From Amoebidium appalachense (taxonomy: Eukaryota > Protista > Ichthyosporea): a stretch of DNA of 64,000 nt. Positions 20,994-41,346 of this stretch are shown here, piece by piece (the stretch's first letter is position 1; each line of letters starts with the position of its first letter). The translations under genes were made by a program, and so were the position numbers. Below the pieces are notes generated by a model that saw only the letters and a program-made list of their open reading frames with translations, had not been told where the DNA came from and searched no databases. The stretch spans positions 3,171,106-3,235,105 of the forward strand of contig CAVNZM010000003.1 in the NCBI GenBank assembly GCA_963693365.1. The letters run 5' to 3'.

Positions 20994-21068
<75 letters not shown>

Positions 21069-21630
21069 CCTGTGTGTGCGTAAAACTGTGTGGTGTGTGT
21101 GTTTGTGTGGAATTGGGTGTGTATGTCTTTTTGTGTTTGATTGGGGTATGTGTGGGTGTGAGTGTGAATGTCTGTGTGTGTGAGTGGGTCTGTGTTTGGG
21201 GAAGGGGAGGTGGGTGGGGGCGCGGGGATGAAGTCGGTTGTAGTGTACTATGGACATGTTGTTTTATTAAATAGGTCTTGGTGACTCGTACATCGATATC
21301 ACACCCGCAGCCGTGCCTGGTTGACTAGTCTGGATTTTAACAAGTATAATACGTTTGGGACTCTATGTCATGAACCTTCGTGACGATCGTGTGTACGTGT
21401 GCTTCCATCCAAGATAACCCACAGCACGCATGTATCTCTTGTGACAAGGAGCCCCCCCCCCCCAACCCCCCCGCTCCTTTGCTTTTAAATTGCCTTTACA
21501 TGTACATGACGTGTCATATATAACATACTGGTTGTCTTTCTCCCCACCATTAAGACAAGCAATTACATACACCATTGCCTTTTCCCTTTTCCCATCACAA
21601 GGCACTTGTTGTTGCTTTGTGGCAAGGTGC

Positions 21631-21748
21631 TCACTTCTTTGCATTGATGCTGACGTCACACAGCCTGGCCATGAGGCCGCACAGTTGAAGGAACGTGTCC
21701 AGGCCCTCCACTACCCGCATATGCGTGATGCCGATTTGCTGGTTTTTT

Positions 21749-21800
<52 letters not shown>

Positions 21801-21819
21801 TGGTGGTGGTGGTGGTGGT

Positions 21820-21857
<38 letters not shown>

Positions 21858-22162
21858 GGTTGAATGAGTCAAAAAGTACGAAGTACACAAGAACAAACGG
21901 ATAACACGATGCAGAATGCAAGCCATACATAAAGAGTATGCATAATAAGCAGAGCCCATCCTCAGGGGGGGCCCACGTCATCCACAGTACCCGAGTTTCG
22001 ACCTATTCCCCTCGTTAACGAAACCCAACTCAGATACTGTTTCACTTGAACATGAGTAGGTCACCCGTCTTGATCAGAGACGAGCAGGGTTGCTTATGCA
22101 GGCAAGGGCAGTGGGAAAGGCCGGGGGTTAAAGTTGCAGCAGTAAGCAGAAGCAAGAAAAAT

Positions 22163-22194
<32 letters not shown>

Positions 22195-22346
22195 TAAAAA
22201 AGGCAGGATAGGGGATGTCACTACGCGGAAGAGGGTACATACAGGCGGGCCATGCTGCTCTTACCCTGTAGCCTTTCAAACCCGTGGGAAGGGGAGGGGG
22301 GGGAGGAGGGGGGAGGGGGGGTTCGAATGTGTTATAGACCTCCCCG

Positions 22347-22381
<35 letters not shown>

Positions 22382-22474
22382 AGAGAGGGGGGAGAGGGGG
22401 TGGGCACGACCAGGCCAGGTAAGGAAATGGAGGGGGCTTAGGGGTTCGATGAGGGATATGGAGGTGGGGGAGGG

Positions 22475-22513
<39 letters not shown>

Positions 22514-23138
22514 ATACCTTGATGTATTCCAACTTGATGAACTCGGGCATGTTTTGGTACGCCTTGACCACCCTGTGTTGGCAGCAGGCAGTCGGTAAAT
22601 TGCACTGTATACACACACACACACAGACACACACACACACAGACACACACAGACACAGACACACACACATACCAAGAAACACAGGAACCATGAAACACAG
22701 CTGCAACGACACACGTAGAAATTGAATTATGTCTGTGCAATACAGTTTGCACATCCAGAGCCTTTGTGCCCCGTGCCCTCCCCCCTCCCCCCCAACACAC
22801 ACACACAAAAAAAACCCCCTTTGTGCCCCCCCCCCCCCCCCCCCAAAAAACAAAAAAAAAAAAACAAATAAAGGACCCCCCCCCCCCCCCCCCCTCCCCC
22901 CTCTAACACACACACACAGCACACTTGGTTGACTATCCCCCCTGCCTTTCCATTTTTTTATTTTTTTTTTGGTTTTTTATTGCAAAGTCCAAGGCAGTTC
23001 CTCGGCACGGCAAGCCATGAGCGTGCAAAAGCTGAAGAGAAAAGCTTGGTGCTGTAATGGTGCACATCAATGTGGGTGTTCATTAAATAAACGTGCCCTC
23101 CATGTGCATGCGCAAGTATGTGTGTGTGTGCGCACTCT

Positions 23139-23174
<36 letters not shown>

Positions 23175-23219
23175 TATTTCTCTCTCTGTCTCTCTCTCTC
23201 CTTTTTTTTTTTTTTTTTT

Positions 23220-23260
<41 letters not shown>

Positions 23261-24387
23261 GAAGCGTAAGATGACTAAAATCTTTTCAAAATATATTTTA
23301 TTTTATTCCTTCCTTCTTGTCTCTTTCGGTATTTTGGGTAAGTAGGGGGCAACACATACCTGAACACGGTGGTGATGATGTCTATGCCGGCATAGCCCAG
23401 CCGCCACAGCTCATCCACTACATCCATGGCCTTCTCGATGTCTCCGTTCATGCACGACTGCACCCCACATCCACACAACAATTAAACATCGCGAAGAAGA
23501 AATAAACGCACCCCCCCCTTCCAACACACACACACACACACATGCACACACACACACACACACACGTGCCCCTGCGCGCGCATGCACGTGCCTATCCACA
23601 TGCATAGACATACATCATTATCTGCACACACAGCACATGCACAGATACACACAATCGAAGGACCATAAAGGCAGCACAACCACCCAAACACGTCCACAGA
23701 CCATGCACACCAGTTACACCCAACTACCAGAAAAGAATCGGTAAGTTGCCCACACACACAGATTAGCATTGTTCATTACCAAACATAAACAAACAAACCA
23801 CTATACACGGTTGAGCTCAGAAGTATGGATGACTGCATCCGTGCCAAACACGGGGAGGGCGAGGGAGGGGATGGCGAGGGAAGGGGAGGGAGGAGAAGTG
23901 AGGGGAGGGAGGGGAGGGGAGAGACGCCTGCAACAAACACATTACTACAGAGTAGCAGAGTAATATATTCTCCCCAGAGAGGGGGGGGGGGGGGGGAGCC
24001 AACCTCTATTGCGGTTTTGATAAGTAGGGGATGGGGCTGGTCGCAGACTTTAAACACGTTATCAGCAGTAACCATTCCGAACCCTGAAAACGTAGACTGA
24101 AGATTGTTGATCGCTGGGGGAGTGCAGTGGTGGTGGTGGTGGTGGTCGGAGGGAGGCGGGGAGGGGGGCGGGTGGGGGGAGGGGGGGGGGGGGAGGGGGG
24201 GGGGAATGGGAGGGAGGGAGAGGGAGGGGGGGGGGGGGGGGGGGGGGGGAGCTTAGGGTAAGTGTGCCTCGTGGTTATTTTGTTTGGTAGCAGGAGGGGC
24301 AGAAGAGAAATGAGAGCTAGGATATTGACGAGAGAGAGCAAAGAAGGTGTATGTTCGTCTGTGTTGGTTGTTGGCGGCGGTGTTGAC

Positions 24388-24418
<31 letters not shown>

Positions 24419-24930
24419 CGGTGTTGAGTGGGGGGGGGGGGGGGGGGGGGGGGGGTTTGACCTAGAAGGCACGAGGCCATTCTCGAACACAATCAAACCA
24501 CAAAGCGAAGAAATCGGGGGTGTATGATCATGCATTGTGGTACTTTGGAAAAGAGTGCAGAGTGATGTGTATGCGCGGTACGGTGGGAGCCCAGGTTGCG
24601 TGTCTGCCAGAGCGTGTGGGCGCAGGTCGTACGGGCGTGTGCGAGTATGCATACCACCAGCCATTTTCTCTGTGTTCCGAACACATGCAGCACAACCCAC
24701 CTTGCCGCATATCTCCCTGTGCTGTGAAGATGATGGCTTCTAGTCCATCGTTGGTTTTTGGCACCTGAAAGTTTGTTCACAGGGTCAGTGTTTCTTTTTT
24801 CTATTGATACCCGGGTTGTACATGTGTGCGAAACTGATGTTTTCACTTTCACGTCCATGTGCCAGAAGACCAAATGCAAATTTTGCAGAGACGCACACCA
24901 TACATATGAGTTATAAGCAGAACCCGGAAA

Positions 24931-24964
<34 letters not shown>

Positions 24965-25043
24965 CTCCCTAACTAAGTTGAAGCCAAGACCGGGAAAGAA
25001 GGGGAGAGCAGGGAAATGATGCACATGGATCCCATGGAAAGAA

Positions 25044-25077
<34 letters not shown>

Positions 25078-25378
25078 TAGCAGGACACGCACAGCCTCTT
25101 TCTCGCAGATGACAAGCAGACGCTTGAGCAGTTGCTCGTCGGCAAGTTTGTTGTAGCGCAGAATGGCACAGCGACTCTGCAGAAGGGGGGAAGTTGCAGA
25201 AAAGGGTGGAAGGAAGAGGGGAATATGAGGAGGAGATTAGCATGGTGGAACAGAAGAAAGGAAGAAAGAAGGAACAGGGAAAAAAGGGTGTAAGAGTGAA
25301 GGAAGAAGATGAGGGGAACGATGATGGAAGGAAAGAGGAGGGGAAAAAAATGAGGAATAAGATGATCTAAGGGCCCCG

Positions 25379-25424
<46 letters not shown>

Positions 25425-25763
25425 GGGAGGGGGCATTGCAGAGTGATGGGTTGGAAAGTGGGGAATGTAGGGTGTGTCCGTGTTTTTCTTTTTTTGGTGT
25501 GTGTATGTGTGTGAATGTGTGTGTGTGTTTGGAAGGGGGGGGAGGAGGGGGGGGGGATAAGGTCACACTGCCTCTCCCACCACCACTTCTCTCACACCCA
25601 TCCCTCTGCAGCATGACTTTGACCCCCTTTTTGATTTCTCCACTACTCCAATATCTACAATGGAGCTACCAGCCCCTTTATCATCTCATGCACCAGCTAA
25701 GTGCTCCCCTGCAAAGGTTTGAAATGATATCCCACTGACTAAAAACCTGAAACGTACGTAATT

Positions 25764-25795
<32 letters not shown>

Positions 25796-25893
25796 CCCGG
25801 GAATTTTTTTCTGTATGTGTGGGACATATCTAGCTGTGGCTGAACCAATCGTCAACTCTACGCAACCAGCCCCCCCCCCCCCCCCCCCCCCCC

Positions 25894-25929
<36 letters not shown>

Positions 25930-26380
25930 CCCCCCCCTCCCAAAACCCATCCACCCACAGACCAAAACACACGTTGTAGAAACAAAAACCAACCACCACA
26001 CACACAATTTGGGAGCAAAAAACAGCCAACACACACAGGCACACACAAGTGTGCGTTTGGGAGCAACACAGCAAAAAACTGTCAACACTCACAAACACAC
26101 ACACTTGCTTTTTTTGGAAAGCAACACAGGCACAGGACACACCCACCTGTATGGGCTCGATGATCTTGTCTGACAGGTTGCATGCAAGCGCAAACCTCGT
26201 GGTGGCTGAAAAGAGCTCCATCGTGCGTCTGAGCGCCTGCTGCGCTCCCTCCGTCATACTGTAAATGTGTTGCACAGCGTATGTTAGCATATTTTTCTTA
26301 TTCATGTTTCTGCTTTGGTTTCGTATTTCTCTTCTCCTCTATTCTTTCTTCCATTCATTTGTGTGTGTGCGTGTGCGTGT

Positions 26381-26411
<31 letters not shown>

Positions 26412-27684
26412 GGGGGGGGAGGGAGGGGGGGTAGAGGGGGGAGGGGGGGGGGGGGTGCAGGTGTTGTGCTTGCGCAACCCCGTGTGGGTGCATGCGTGTC
26501 TGTGTGCATGTGTGTGTGTACGTGCATGTCGATAAGTGGCGTCAGGAGGGCATGTCTGGCAGCAGGGCAAGGCGGGGAGAGGTAGTACATAGTAAATTGT
26601 GGGTGGGTGGGGGAGGTGAAGGCCCTGGGGGAGGGGCGGGGGGGGGGGGGGGGGGGGGGGGGGGGGAGAGAGAGAGAGAGAGCGAGAGAGAGAGAGAGAG
26701 AGAGGACGTGGCCCTAAGGGGAGAAGGGGGGGGGGGGGGTTTGAATGCGTCAAAAAGTACGAAGTCCACAAGTACAAACGGATAACACGATGCAGAATGC
26801 AAGCCATACATAAAGAGTATGCATAATAAGCAGAGCCCATCCTCAGGGGGGGCCCACGTCATCCACAGTACCCGAGTTTCGACCTATTCCCCTCGTTAAC
26901 GAAACCCAACTCAGATACTGTTTCACTTGAACATGGGTAGGTCACCCGTCTTGATCAGAGACGAGCAGGGTTACTTATGCAGGCAAGGGCAGTGGGAAAG
27001 GCCGGGGGTTAAAGTTTCAGCAGTAAGCAGAAGCAAGAAAAATATAGATAGGAACTCAGGAGACGGGGCCTCTGGGAAGCTCCCCCGTCGCTACCTAAGT
27101 CGATACTTCCCTGGCTAACATACTACACCAGCTGAAAAGAATAAAGTCCCAAAGGCCGCAGCATTCGCAATCAGAGGGGAAAATATGAGATTTGACCCAC
27201 GCCGCAGGGTAGTAACACGCTTACTAGGGCGGAACTTTAACGTCTTCGAACGGAAAGCTATGCCCCCGGATGTCAGCTGGAAATATGGTATCACCCATTG
27301 CTTTGGGCTCGAAAAAAGCCAAACCGATAGTCCGAGTTATGTTACGCCGGCGGGTAACATGCAGCATGGGTTCCAAGGGAGCTGTCGCCAACAGAACGGT
27401 GTGTGCATGCGTGCGCGTAATGCAATGTGAAGTGTGTCTATAGAGGGGGTATGCAGAAGTGGACAGATGAAGTGTGTGGAGAGAAAAACAGTAGGAAGAA
27501 AAGTAGACACCGGTGTGTGCAACACCGCACAACATACATACATACACACACACACAGGGGGGGGTTCTGGAGGGTGGTCTTGTGCGTGAGCACGTGCATG
27601 CATGGTGGGTATCACAACGGGAGGGAGGGGGGAGACTTTTGGGTAGGGGTGGGGGAGAGGGGGGGAGAGGGGGGAAGGGGGGGT

Positions 27685-27715
<31 letters not shown>

Positions 27716-28529
27716 TGCAAGCGAACCTGTCAGCTTCGTCGAGAATAATGATCTTGTGACGGCCGGGTGGGAGGGCCACCTTTCTTTGCGCAAACATTTT
27801 GATCTTGTTGCGTACAACATCGATACCTCTACATAAAGGAACGAGGGTTAAAAAGAGAATTAAGAATGGAGGACAGAAAACAACAAAAAGGGAATGCATC
27901 TACACGTGTGTGTATTCAGCACAACGTACACAATAGCGAAACTCCTTTAACTCGTTGTCCTTTCCTTATCGATTATCATTAGTATCCCACACGCAAAAAA
28001 AAAAAAAAATGGAACCTAACATCTTTCTTTATTCGCTCAACAGATGCCCACCAATGTTTAAAAGCATAGCAGAGAAAGCCATAAAACAATGCACATTCCT
28101 TTTAGAGGCAACCCACTGTAGCCGAGCCGTATAGTGTGCCTGCGCACAACAGCATTGAAAAAACCCACAGGCAGACACGGTACACCCACCCACCCACACC
28201 CACCCATACCCGCCCCCTCCCCCCTCCCTCCCTTCTTCTCCCTCCCCCCACCCCTCCCAACCCTCCCCACACCCCACACCCACACACATACCGTCCTCCC
28301 CTCCACTCCCCCGGTCCCCCCCCCTCCCCCCCCTAATCACCACCATCACACAAACACCCACCTGTCATCTGATGCATTCAACTCCAGCACAGCGTCTCTC
28401 GATGATGCCCCCAGAAGTGCTCTTGCCAAACAAAGAATACTTGTCGTTTTGCCTGTGCCCGGTGGGCCCTAGAAAAACCACATGTCAGTTGCATGCTGCT
28501 TGTCCAGATGAGTGGAGCCCCCCCCCCCC

Positions 28530-28575
<46 letters not shown>

Positions 28576-28979
28576 TCCCCCCCCCCCCCTCTCTCTTCCT
28601 CGAGCACACACAAACACATCTACAAACCCCCCCATCCACCACCCAATCTATGTCCATTCACCCACTCATTCCCCTCCGTACCTCCCTGTCCCTCCCCTCC
28701 CCCCCCCCCCCTGCCCTTCCATCTCCAATCCTCCTATACAAACACTCCGATAACCCCCTCCCATACAAACACACACTCCTGACCCTCACGCACGGCGCAC
28801 ATGCATGCCCTCCCCCCCCCCCCCCCTCCCTCCCCGCCCCACCCACTCACACACCCACACATGTGCGCGCGCGCACGCGCACGCATGCACACACCCATAC
28901 GCCCACACACACGCACACGCACTCGCACGCAAACACACACGTGCACACGCACACTCCCGCCAAACCCCCAACACACACA

Positions 28980-29060
<81 letters not shown>

Positions 29061-29534
29061 CATGCACACACACACACACACACACCCTCCCCCTCCCACC
29101 ACCACCCCCTCCCCCCCCCCACACACACACGTCCCCCCCCCCCCCCCCCCCCCCCCCCGCCTACCATCCCATTAACACACTCGCCCACCCGCCCACCCGC
29201 CCCCACACACATACACATGCCCCCCCCCCCCCCCCACACACACACACACACACACACACGTCCCCCCCAACCCCTCCTCCCCCCCCCCCCCACCCACCCA
29301 CCCACCCACACGTACGGAGATAATGATGTTGGGCATGTTGCCGTGCTTTGCAATGACCTCCAGCCTGCCTATTGTCTCCTGGTTGCCCACTATGTCCGAC
29401 AGCAGGATCGGTCTATACTTCTCAACCCTGGGTAAAGCCAGATGCAAACAGTCAGCTGCCACGATTTACCCCGGCCACAATGCGCCTAATTTGCCTTGCT
29501 CCTCCCTCGTTCCGCCCTGCAACCTTTTGCTCTA

Positions 29535-29591
<57 letters not shown>

Positions 29592-30895
29592 AAACCTTCG
29601 CACCCTTCCCCCCCCTCCCCCCCCCCCCCCCCCCCCCCCCCCACACACACACACAAACCTTCTCCTTTCCCTTTTTCTGTCGTGTTCTCCCCCCCCCCCC
29701 CCCCCCCTCCCCCGGGGCCCCACACCACAGACCATCAAAAAGCCCCCCCCCCCCCCCCCCCCCCCCCCTCCTCCTCCTCCCCAGCCCCCCACCCCCCCCC
29801 CCCACCCCCCACCCCCTACCCCCTCCACCAAAAAAAAAAAAAAAGTATCCCAGATGCATATTCCATACCGGAAAAGCCCATATTCTACCGATACCAAGCA
29901 CCCCTGCCGTTACCTCACGTCCACTTACTAGCAAAGTGAGCATGCATGCAATACAAGGGACTTGCAAGGGAAGGGGAAACGGGGCCGAGAGAGGGGGGGG
30001 GGGGTAAAGGGAGGGTGGAGGGAACAAAAAACTAGAATGGGAAGCAGGAAAGACCCCTTCTTTCTGCCTGATGGCACAATGGAACCTCAACCCACTCCTG
30101 CCGTTTCACTACCCACGACACGGGGCACCCAAGAACAAAAAAGTGATGTCCTGAGGAATGGCAAAAATCTGCACGCACCATGGTAGCTGGTAGTTGTCCT
30201 CAGTCCCCTTTAGCTGTGTTGCTGTCTCCGCAGCCTAAACATGAACGAACCATGTCAGTCTAGAAAACTGCAAATGAGCAGCTTGGCTTTAAGATGCACG
30301 AACAGAAAAACATGCCTTAGCTGCACTTGCAGGTTGACAAACTTGCGAGATGTGGAGCAATATTATTCGTCTGCACTACATAGTTTTTTTTCTTTTTGCT
30401 TTGGGCGTGGAGGAAGGGGGTGGGGGGGAAGGGCGGTGGGGGGGGGGGGGGGGAAGAGCGAGCGCACGCGGGGAAAGTAGGGAAGAGAGAGTGGAAGGGG
30501 GGGGGGGGGGGGGGGGTGAGAGGGGTAGGAAAAAAGTGATGAGCAGGTGTTGCCTCGCAAAGCACATGCCCGAATAACGATGCGCACATGCCAAGCCGAA
30601 GCTTGTGTCAGATGTATATTAATCTCAGCACTCATCTTTTCATTCCTTCCCTCATCACAAGCCGTGTGTAATAACAGAGAGTAAAAGGGTTAAAAGCAGC
30701 CCCGAAACAACTCGTGTTCAAGGAGCTTCGAAACCTAGAAGCACCTGTTAGGGCGTTGAAAGCACGAACAACCAACCTCTTTCACAATCACAGAATAAAG
30801 TTTCTGAAAAGTAGCACGCAAGCCGTACAAGATTATAGGCTGACACGTGTGCTTTTGGTGCTTGTGTTCGTGTATTCCTGTGTTCGTGTGTTTGT

Positions 30896-30927
<32 letters not shown>

Positions 30928-31025
30928 GGGAGGTTGTCAAATACGGTGCCCCAAGGTACCTTCTTCTGAGGAACATCCGAAGCGTCCACATCCATAACAT
31001 CGTCTGTAGTTGCTGCGGGCGGCAT
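21631..31025 (-). CDS. RFC2: replication factor C small subunit (human RFC2 / yeast Rfc4 type), AAA+ clamp loader; 12 exons
   Basis: Spliced product: MPPAATT...QLPWVEKYRP...[18 protein letters not shown]...[23 protein letters not shown]...[23 protein letters not shown]...IIEPIQSRC...[13 protein letters not shown]...VCDQPHP...QIGITHMR...[10 protein letters not shown]. Confidence 0.95.
21860..22162 (-). mobile_element. 5'-truncated copy (~300 bp) of family A module
   Basis: Matches the reverse complement of ~56129-56432. G-tract flanks on both sides. Lies in the last RFC2 intron. Confidence 0.9.
26740..27556 (-). mobile_element. near full-length (~815 bp) copy of family A module
   Basis: Collinear with the reverse complement of ~55600-56432, with scattered substitutions. 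The 3' end abuts poly-C. Lies in an RFC2 intron. Confidence 0.9.
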
Positions 31026-31070
31026 TTTAACGAGTGCGTAATAAGTTGTGTAGAAAAAGCTTTAGGTTTA

Positions 31071-31196
31071 GCGGGAAAGCTGTGTGGTTTCAACCAAGGA
31101 ACAAACTTAAACTGAAGCCTCAACCTTGCAAGCTGTGTGCAGCGGGTTTCTGGTGTTGTGGGCGGACAATGATTTGGCGCGAAAATCTGACCAATC
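31071..31196 (-). promoter_or_regulatory. E2F sites plus CCAAT box upstream of RFC2
   Basis: TTTCCCGC (minus strand, 31071-31078), the overlapping double site TTTTCGCGCCAAA (31173-31185) and CCAATC (31191-31196) lie 50-170 bp upstream of the RFC2 ATG. Confidence 0.65.
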
Positions 31197-31524
31197 AAAT
31201 CCGCTGCAGAAAGTATTGATGCTACCAAAAACGCAGAATTTTACTAAAAATAGAGAATAAATAGAGGTATTTTCTCCAAAGGTGCTTACATAAAACTACG
31301 CACAAACACCGTAAAAAAAACAAGCACCGACTTCTACCTTTAGTTAAGTAAAATAGTCGTGCAATCTAACTGCTGTGTACCAATATCTGATGGGTTTCTT
31401 CTAAATCCTCCTTCGTACTCCTACCCATCTGTCAAAAACTACCGTAGTTGGACATCTATACATGGCCATCACATCACACACGTTACCATGTGAAGGCCAT
31501 CGAATCGCACACACACACACAAAC

Positions 31525-37317
<5,793 letters not shown>

Positions 37318-38414
37318 GGGAGGGGGGGGGGGGGGGGGGGGGGGGGCTGAGGGAGCCATAGGAGCTGCGGTCTGACCTAATGACCGAGCAGGAATGGTGG
37401 TTTGGGGCTGAGTGAATCTGCAAGGTGCTTGCTTATGAATGTACACATGTATCGACTTAAGTTTTGTTTGTCAATGGGCACCTAAAATCGTGCCTGATTT
37501 TGTGCAACTCTGTCGGAAGCGGCCTTCTTGCATGTTTTTTGTTCAGCTTTTAGCTCGATCGAGTTACACATTTTCCAGCCAGATAACACAGATTAATGCT
37601 GCCGTGTGCTTGCAGTCATTCAATTAGCCTAAAAGACAAAGTGACCTGCTGATTTGTGGTTGAATTTGACGGCACGGGGGGGTTGGGTTTGGGGATGGGG
37701 TACATAGTGTGGTGCCTCTGTGTGTGTGTGTGTGCACGTGTGCTTGTGTGTGTGCGTGTGTTTAGGGAGGGAGGGAGGGGGGGGGGGGGGGGGGGGGGGG
37801 TTAAGTAAATAAGGTTTGGTGTTGATATAAACTGTGTCAAGACATGGCAAAAGGACCCAGGCGAAGTGCAAAATAAGCATAAGTACTTGCTGTAATTCTG
37901 GAAACATGCACTGCTTGTTTGCCACCGCGGCCGTGCCTGTTTTGGATGGATTTTCTGACAAACGCGAGTATTATCAATAGTGAAGTGCAATTACAGTACA
38001 TGATACGACTATGATTTTGTTGCTCTCGCATGGGGAATCGCAACTCAGAACACTGTCGGGTGCACGTGATCACGAGGTGACAAAATGCTACACATTCATG
38101 TGCTGTTTCGTGTGTGAGTGTGGGTGTGTGGTGAATTGGTATGCGCGCATGCGCATGTGCATGCCGCACGGTGAAGTGCAACAATGTATGTGTGTCACGA
38201 TGTGCAAAAAGCAAAAACAAGAGGTGAAGGGACACACCACAGCACACACAAAAAAATGAGGTGCGCACGTACACCGTATACCTGCTGCAATTGAATCACT
38301 TGGCTATAATTTTATTGTTGCACCTTAAAAAGACGTGTTGGTGAGTTAACACCATATGTAGAGCCCGGGCTTGTCGACAAAGTCGGATTCGGAAACCAAA
38401 AAACGGTATGCTAT

Positions 38415-38598
38415 AAGTAGCCAACTACACCAAAACCAGGGAATGATGTTCTTAAAAATAGCCAACTACACAAAAACCATAAAATGATATCCTCAAAACT
38501 ACATAAAAGCCATAGAAAAATATTCTTAAAAATAGCCGGCTACATAAAACCCATAGTATGATATCAGTAGAAAATAGCCAACTACATACAAACCATGG
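38415..38598. repeat. intergenic degenerate minisatellite, ~5 x ~40 bp
   Basis: Recurring aaaatagccaactaca(c/t)aaaaccat...gatat core. Confidence 0.75.
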
Positions 38599-38985
38599 CG
38601 TCCCATAAGTAACTTACGCCAACTACGCAATCTGTAGACAATAATACATCCTCCCGGCCGTACATGTAGCTCCCTGGCATGGGTGTGTTTTAGCCTCTCC
38701 GGGCCCTCAAAGATCCCATGCCTACGCATCCCCATATCCCAACCGTTACTTTGAATATGTACACGTTCCTAAATGCCATTTTCATAAAAATATTTTCTCT
38801 GTTTCAGTACAAAACTGTGTTGCCCTGGCATATAGCTGCCCACCAACCCCACTCGCCTCTTCTTGCCCCACTCGCTTCGGCACAAACACAAAAGTCACGA
38901 TTTAAACTTCTGCAACTACTATATAACAAACAAATCCATGTGAACCCAACTTTAGGGCAAACCCACCTATTCATTCACCTCTCCC

Positions 38986-39180
38986 TCACTCTTTGTTCTC
39001 CGTCATGTCTTCATACTGCCGCATGGCCCGGGGTGTACCGTTTGCAAGTCTGACCCGACCCGACTCGAAAGCCGGGCAGCGGGCCAGAGCACCGACCACA
39101 TGCAGACGGGGACAGGAGTCAATGACGATGGAGTGGAGGTTTGGGCACGAGGGAAGGCATGCGATGCTGGTCACCCCCAC
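38986..39180 (-). pseudogene. inverted duplicate of the last exon of the F-box/LRR gene
   Basis: VGVTSIACLPSCPNLHSIVIDSCPRLHVVGALARCPAFESGRVRLANGTP matches 37090-37270. It retains its cag acceptor and an upstream (CA)n tract. No matching upstream exons were recognised. Confidence 0.8.
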
Positions 39181-39190
39181 CTGTACGTGT

Positions 39191-39309
<119 letters not shown>

Positions 39310-40358
39310 TGGTGGTGGTGGTTGGAAAGGGGGAGGGGAAGGGGGGAGGGGGGAAGGGGGCAGGAGGGGGAGGCTGCTGATGGTGGTTGGACGTTAGTGC
39401 TAAAGAAAACGAGGACATTGGGGTATATGAGCAGGCGGTCCTGGGAGGAGAAGAAAACAATTAACAAAACCAAAAACAAAAAAAGCTGGATCCCGGAGGC
39501 AAAGACAAACATATGGGACATGAAGGTAATGTATTTGGCTGTGTGTGGAGAAGACATTCCGAAGAAGAAAGTGTCTCACACGGTGCTCTAGTGTGCCTGT
39601 GTGCTTCATTCCGCTCAGCTTCCCCAAAAATAGGAAGGGGAAAAGGAACTTCGAAGACATTCGTGACCAAAACGGAGCGATCTGGCCAGAGTGACAGGTG
39701 TGTAAATCTTTGGAGGTGGGCCTAGGATCCGGAGATCTAGATGGGGGATGGGAAGTAAATAAATAGGCAAATAGATAAACATACAAACAAATAGCTAAAC
39801 AAACAAAAGCACCCCAGGAGCCCTCGCCTCGATTTCGAAAAAATGATGATGTCGGCGCAAAAATGACAGGGAAGAAGTGTTTCGTTTTGTGTGCCGGCGA
39901 AGTTTTGTCGACCAGTCGCCAAAAAATAAATATGCGGCCGTCTTGAGCATTCTATTTTTAGTGTTCTATTTGTAGTAACATTCTATATTTTTGGTAGCAT
40001 CACTGCCTTGTATGCAATGCGCCTCTTATATTTATCGAGTGACGTCAACATCATTATACGTTACATCCATTTTAATCTCATATTCTTGTTAGGACTACAT
40101 TTATGACTACGTTCCATTGTTGCTAGCTAATAATAAGAAGAACATGTGCGTATGTACAGTGTATATGTATGCCCGCGGGGCCCAGCAGGCGATTTATTAC
40201 TCTAAAAAAATAGACAGGACTTTCGATCCTCCTATTGTAAGCGAACACGAGGGTTACGTGTCCATGTATGGGGATTGCACACTTATTATTGTCATAGATA
40301 TGTTCAATCCACGTGTTCTCCTGGTCTCATGGGAGGAGCTCCAGTGCAAACGCTTCCT

Positions 40359-40396
<38 letters not shown>

Positions 40397-40548
40397 ACCA
40401 CCACCACCACCACCACCACCACCACACACACACACACCACCACCACCAAGAACTAACAAATTTTTAAAAATATCAATCTTTTTCTCCGTTCAAAGGGTTT
40501 CCTATGCTGCACACACGCACTCACACGGACGCATGCTAACACACACAC

Positions 40549-40759
40549 TCACACGGATGCAGCAGCAAGACTTAGTGCGTCCGCAATCCTCCTAACCTCC
40601 TCCCTGCTCACCACCAGCACGTCATACTCCAAGTGGGAGAGTGAGGGGTGGCCCATGGTCACTACTGGGTTGCGGTACACCATCCCACTGCCTTGCGACT
40701 GCCGCCCACCGGACGAGTGCACCTCGATGCAGCTCACTAGTTGCTGAGTGTGTGTGTGT

Positions 40760-40804
<45 letters not shown>

Positions 40805-40858
40805 GGGGAGGGGGGGGGGGGGGGGGGGGGGGGGGAAGGGGGGGGGGGGGTATGTGTG

Positions 40859-40903
<45 letters not shown>

Positions 40904-41078
40904 TATGCGGGTGCGTACGGGGGAAGATGGGGGGGGGGGGGGGGGGGGGGTCGTGTGTGCTTGTGCGTACGGGGTGTGTGTGTGCGTGCACAAAATGCGC
41001 ATGTGCACGTGCCACTGTGCGCGCACACGGACGTGTCCAAATGGTCCGCGAGAAGTGATATCGGGAGGGTGAAGGGAG

Positions 41079-41124
<46 letters not shown>

Positions 41125-41300
41125 GGGGAAGTGTGTAATTGAGCAGGTACGACGTACACCTTCACGACGAACAACACAGTCCAGACCTTGCAAAAAATAC
41201 ACAAAAAAGGGCAGGGAAGGGGAGGGGGGGTAGGTCGGTAGGTAGAATGGTGGAATGTGTCACAGGGACCCCCGGGGGGTGGGGGGGGAGGGGGGAGCAA

Positions 41301-41346
<46 letters not shown>

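Noticed and set aside
30945-30960. Non-canonical donor after ...KKVPW in RFC2 exon 1
   Set aside because: A canonical solution exists: donor after AAG AAG, then micro-exon ~30179-30213 ([12 protein letters not shown]).
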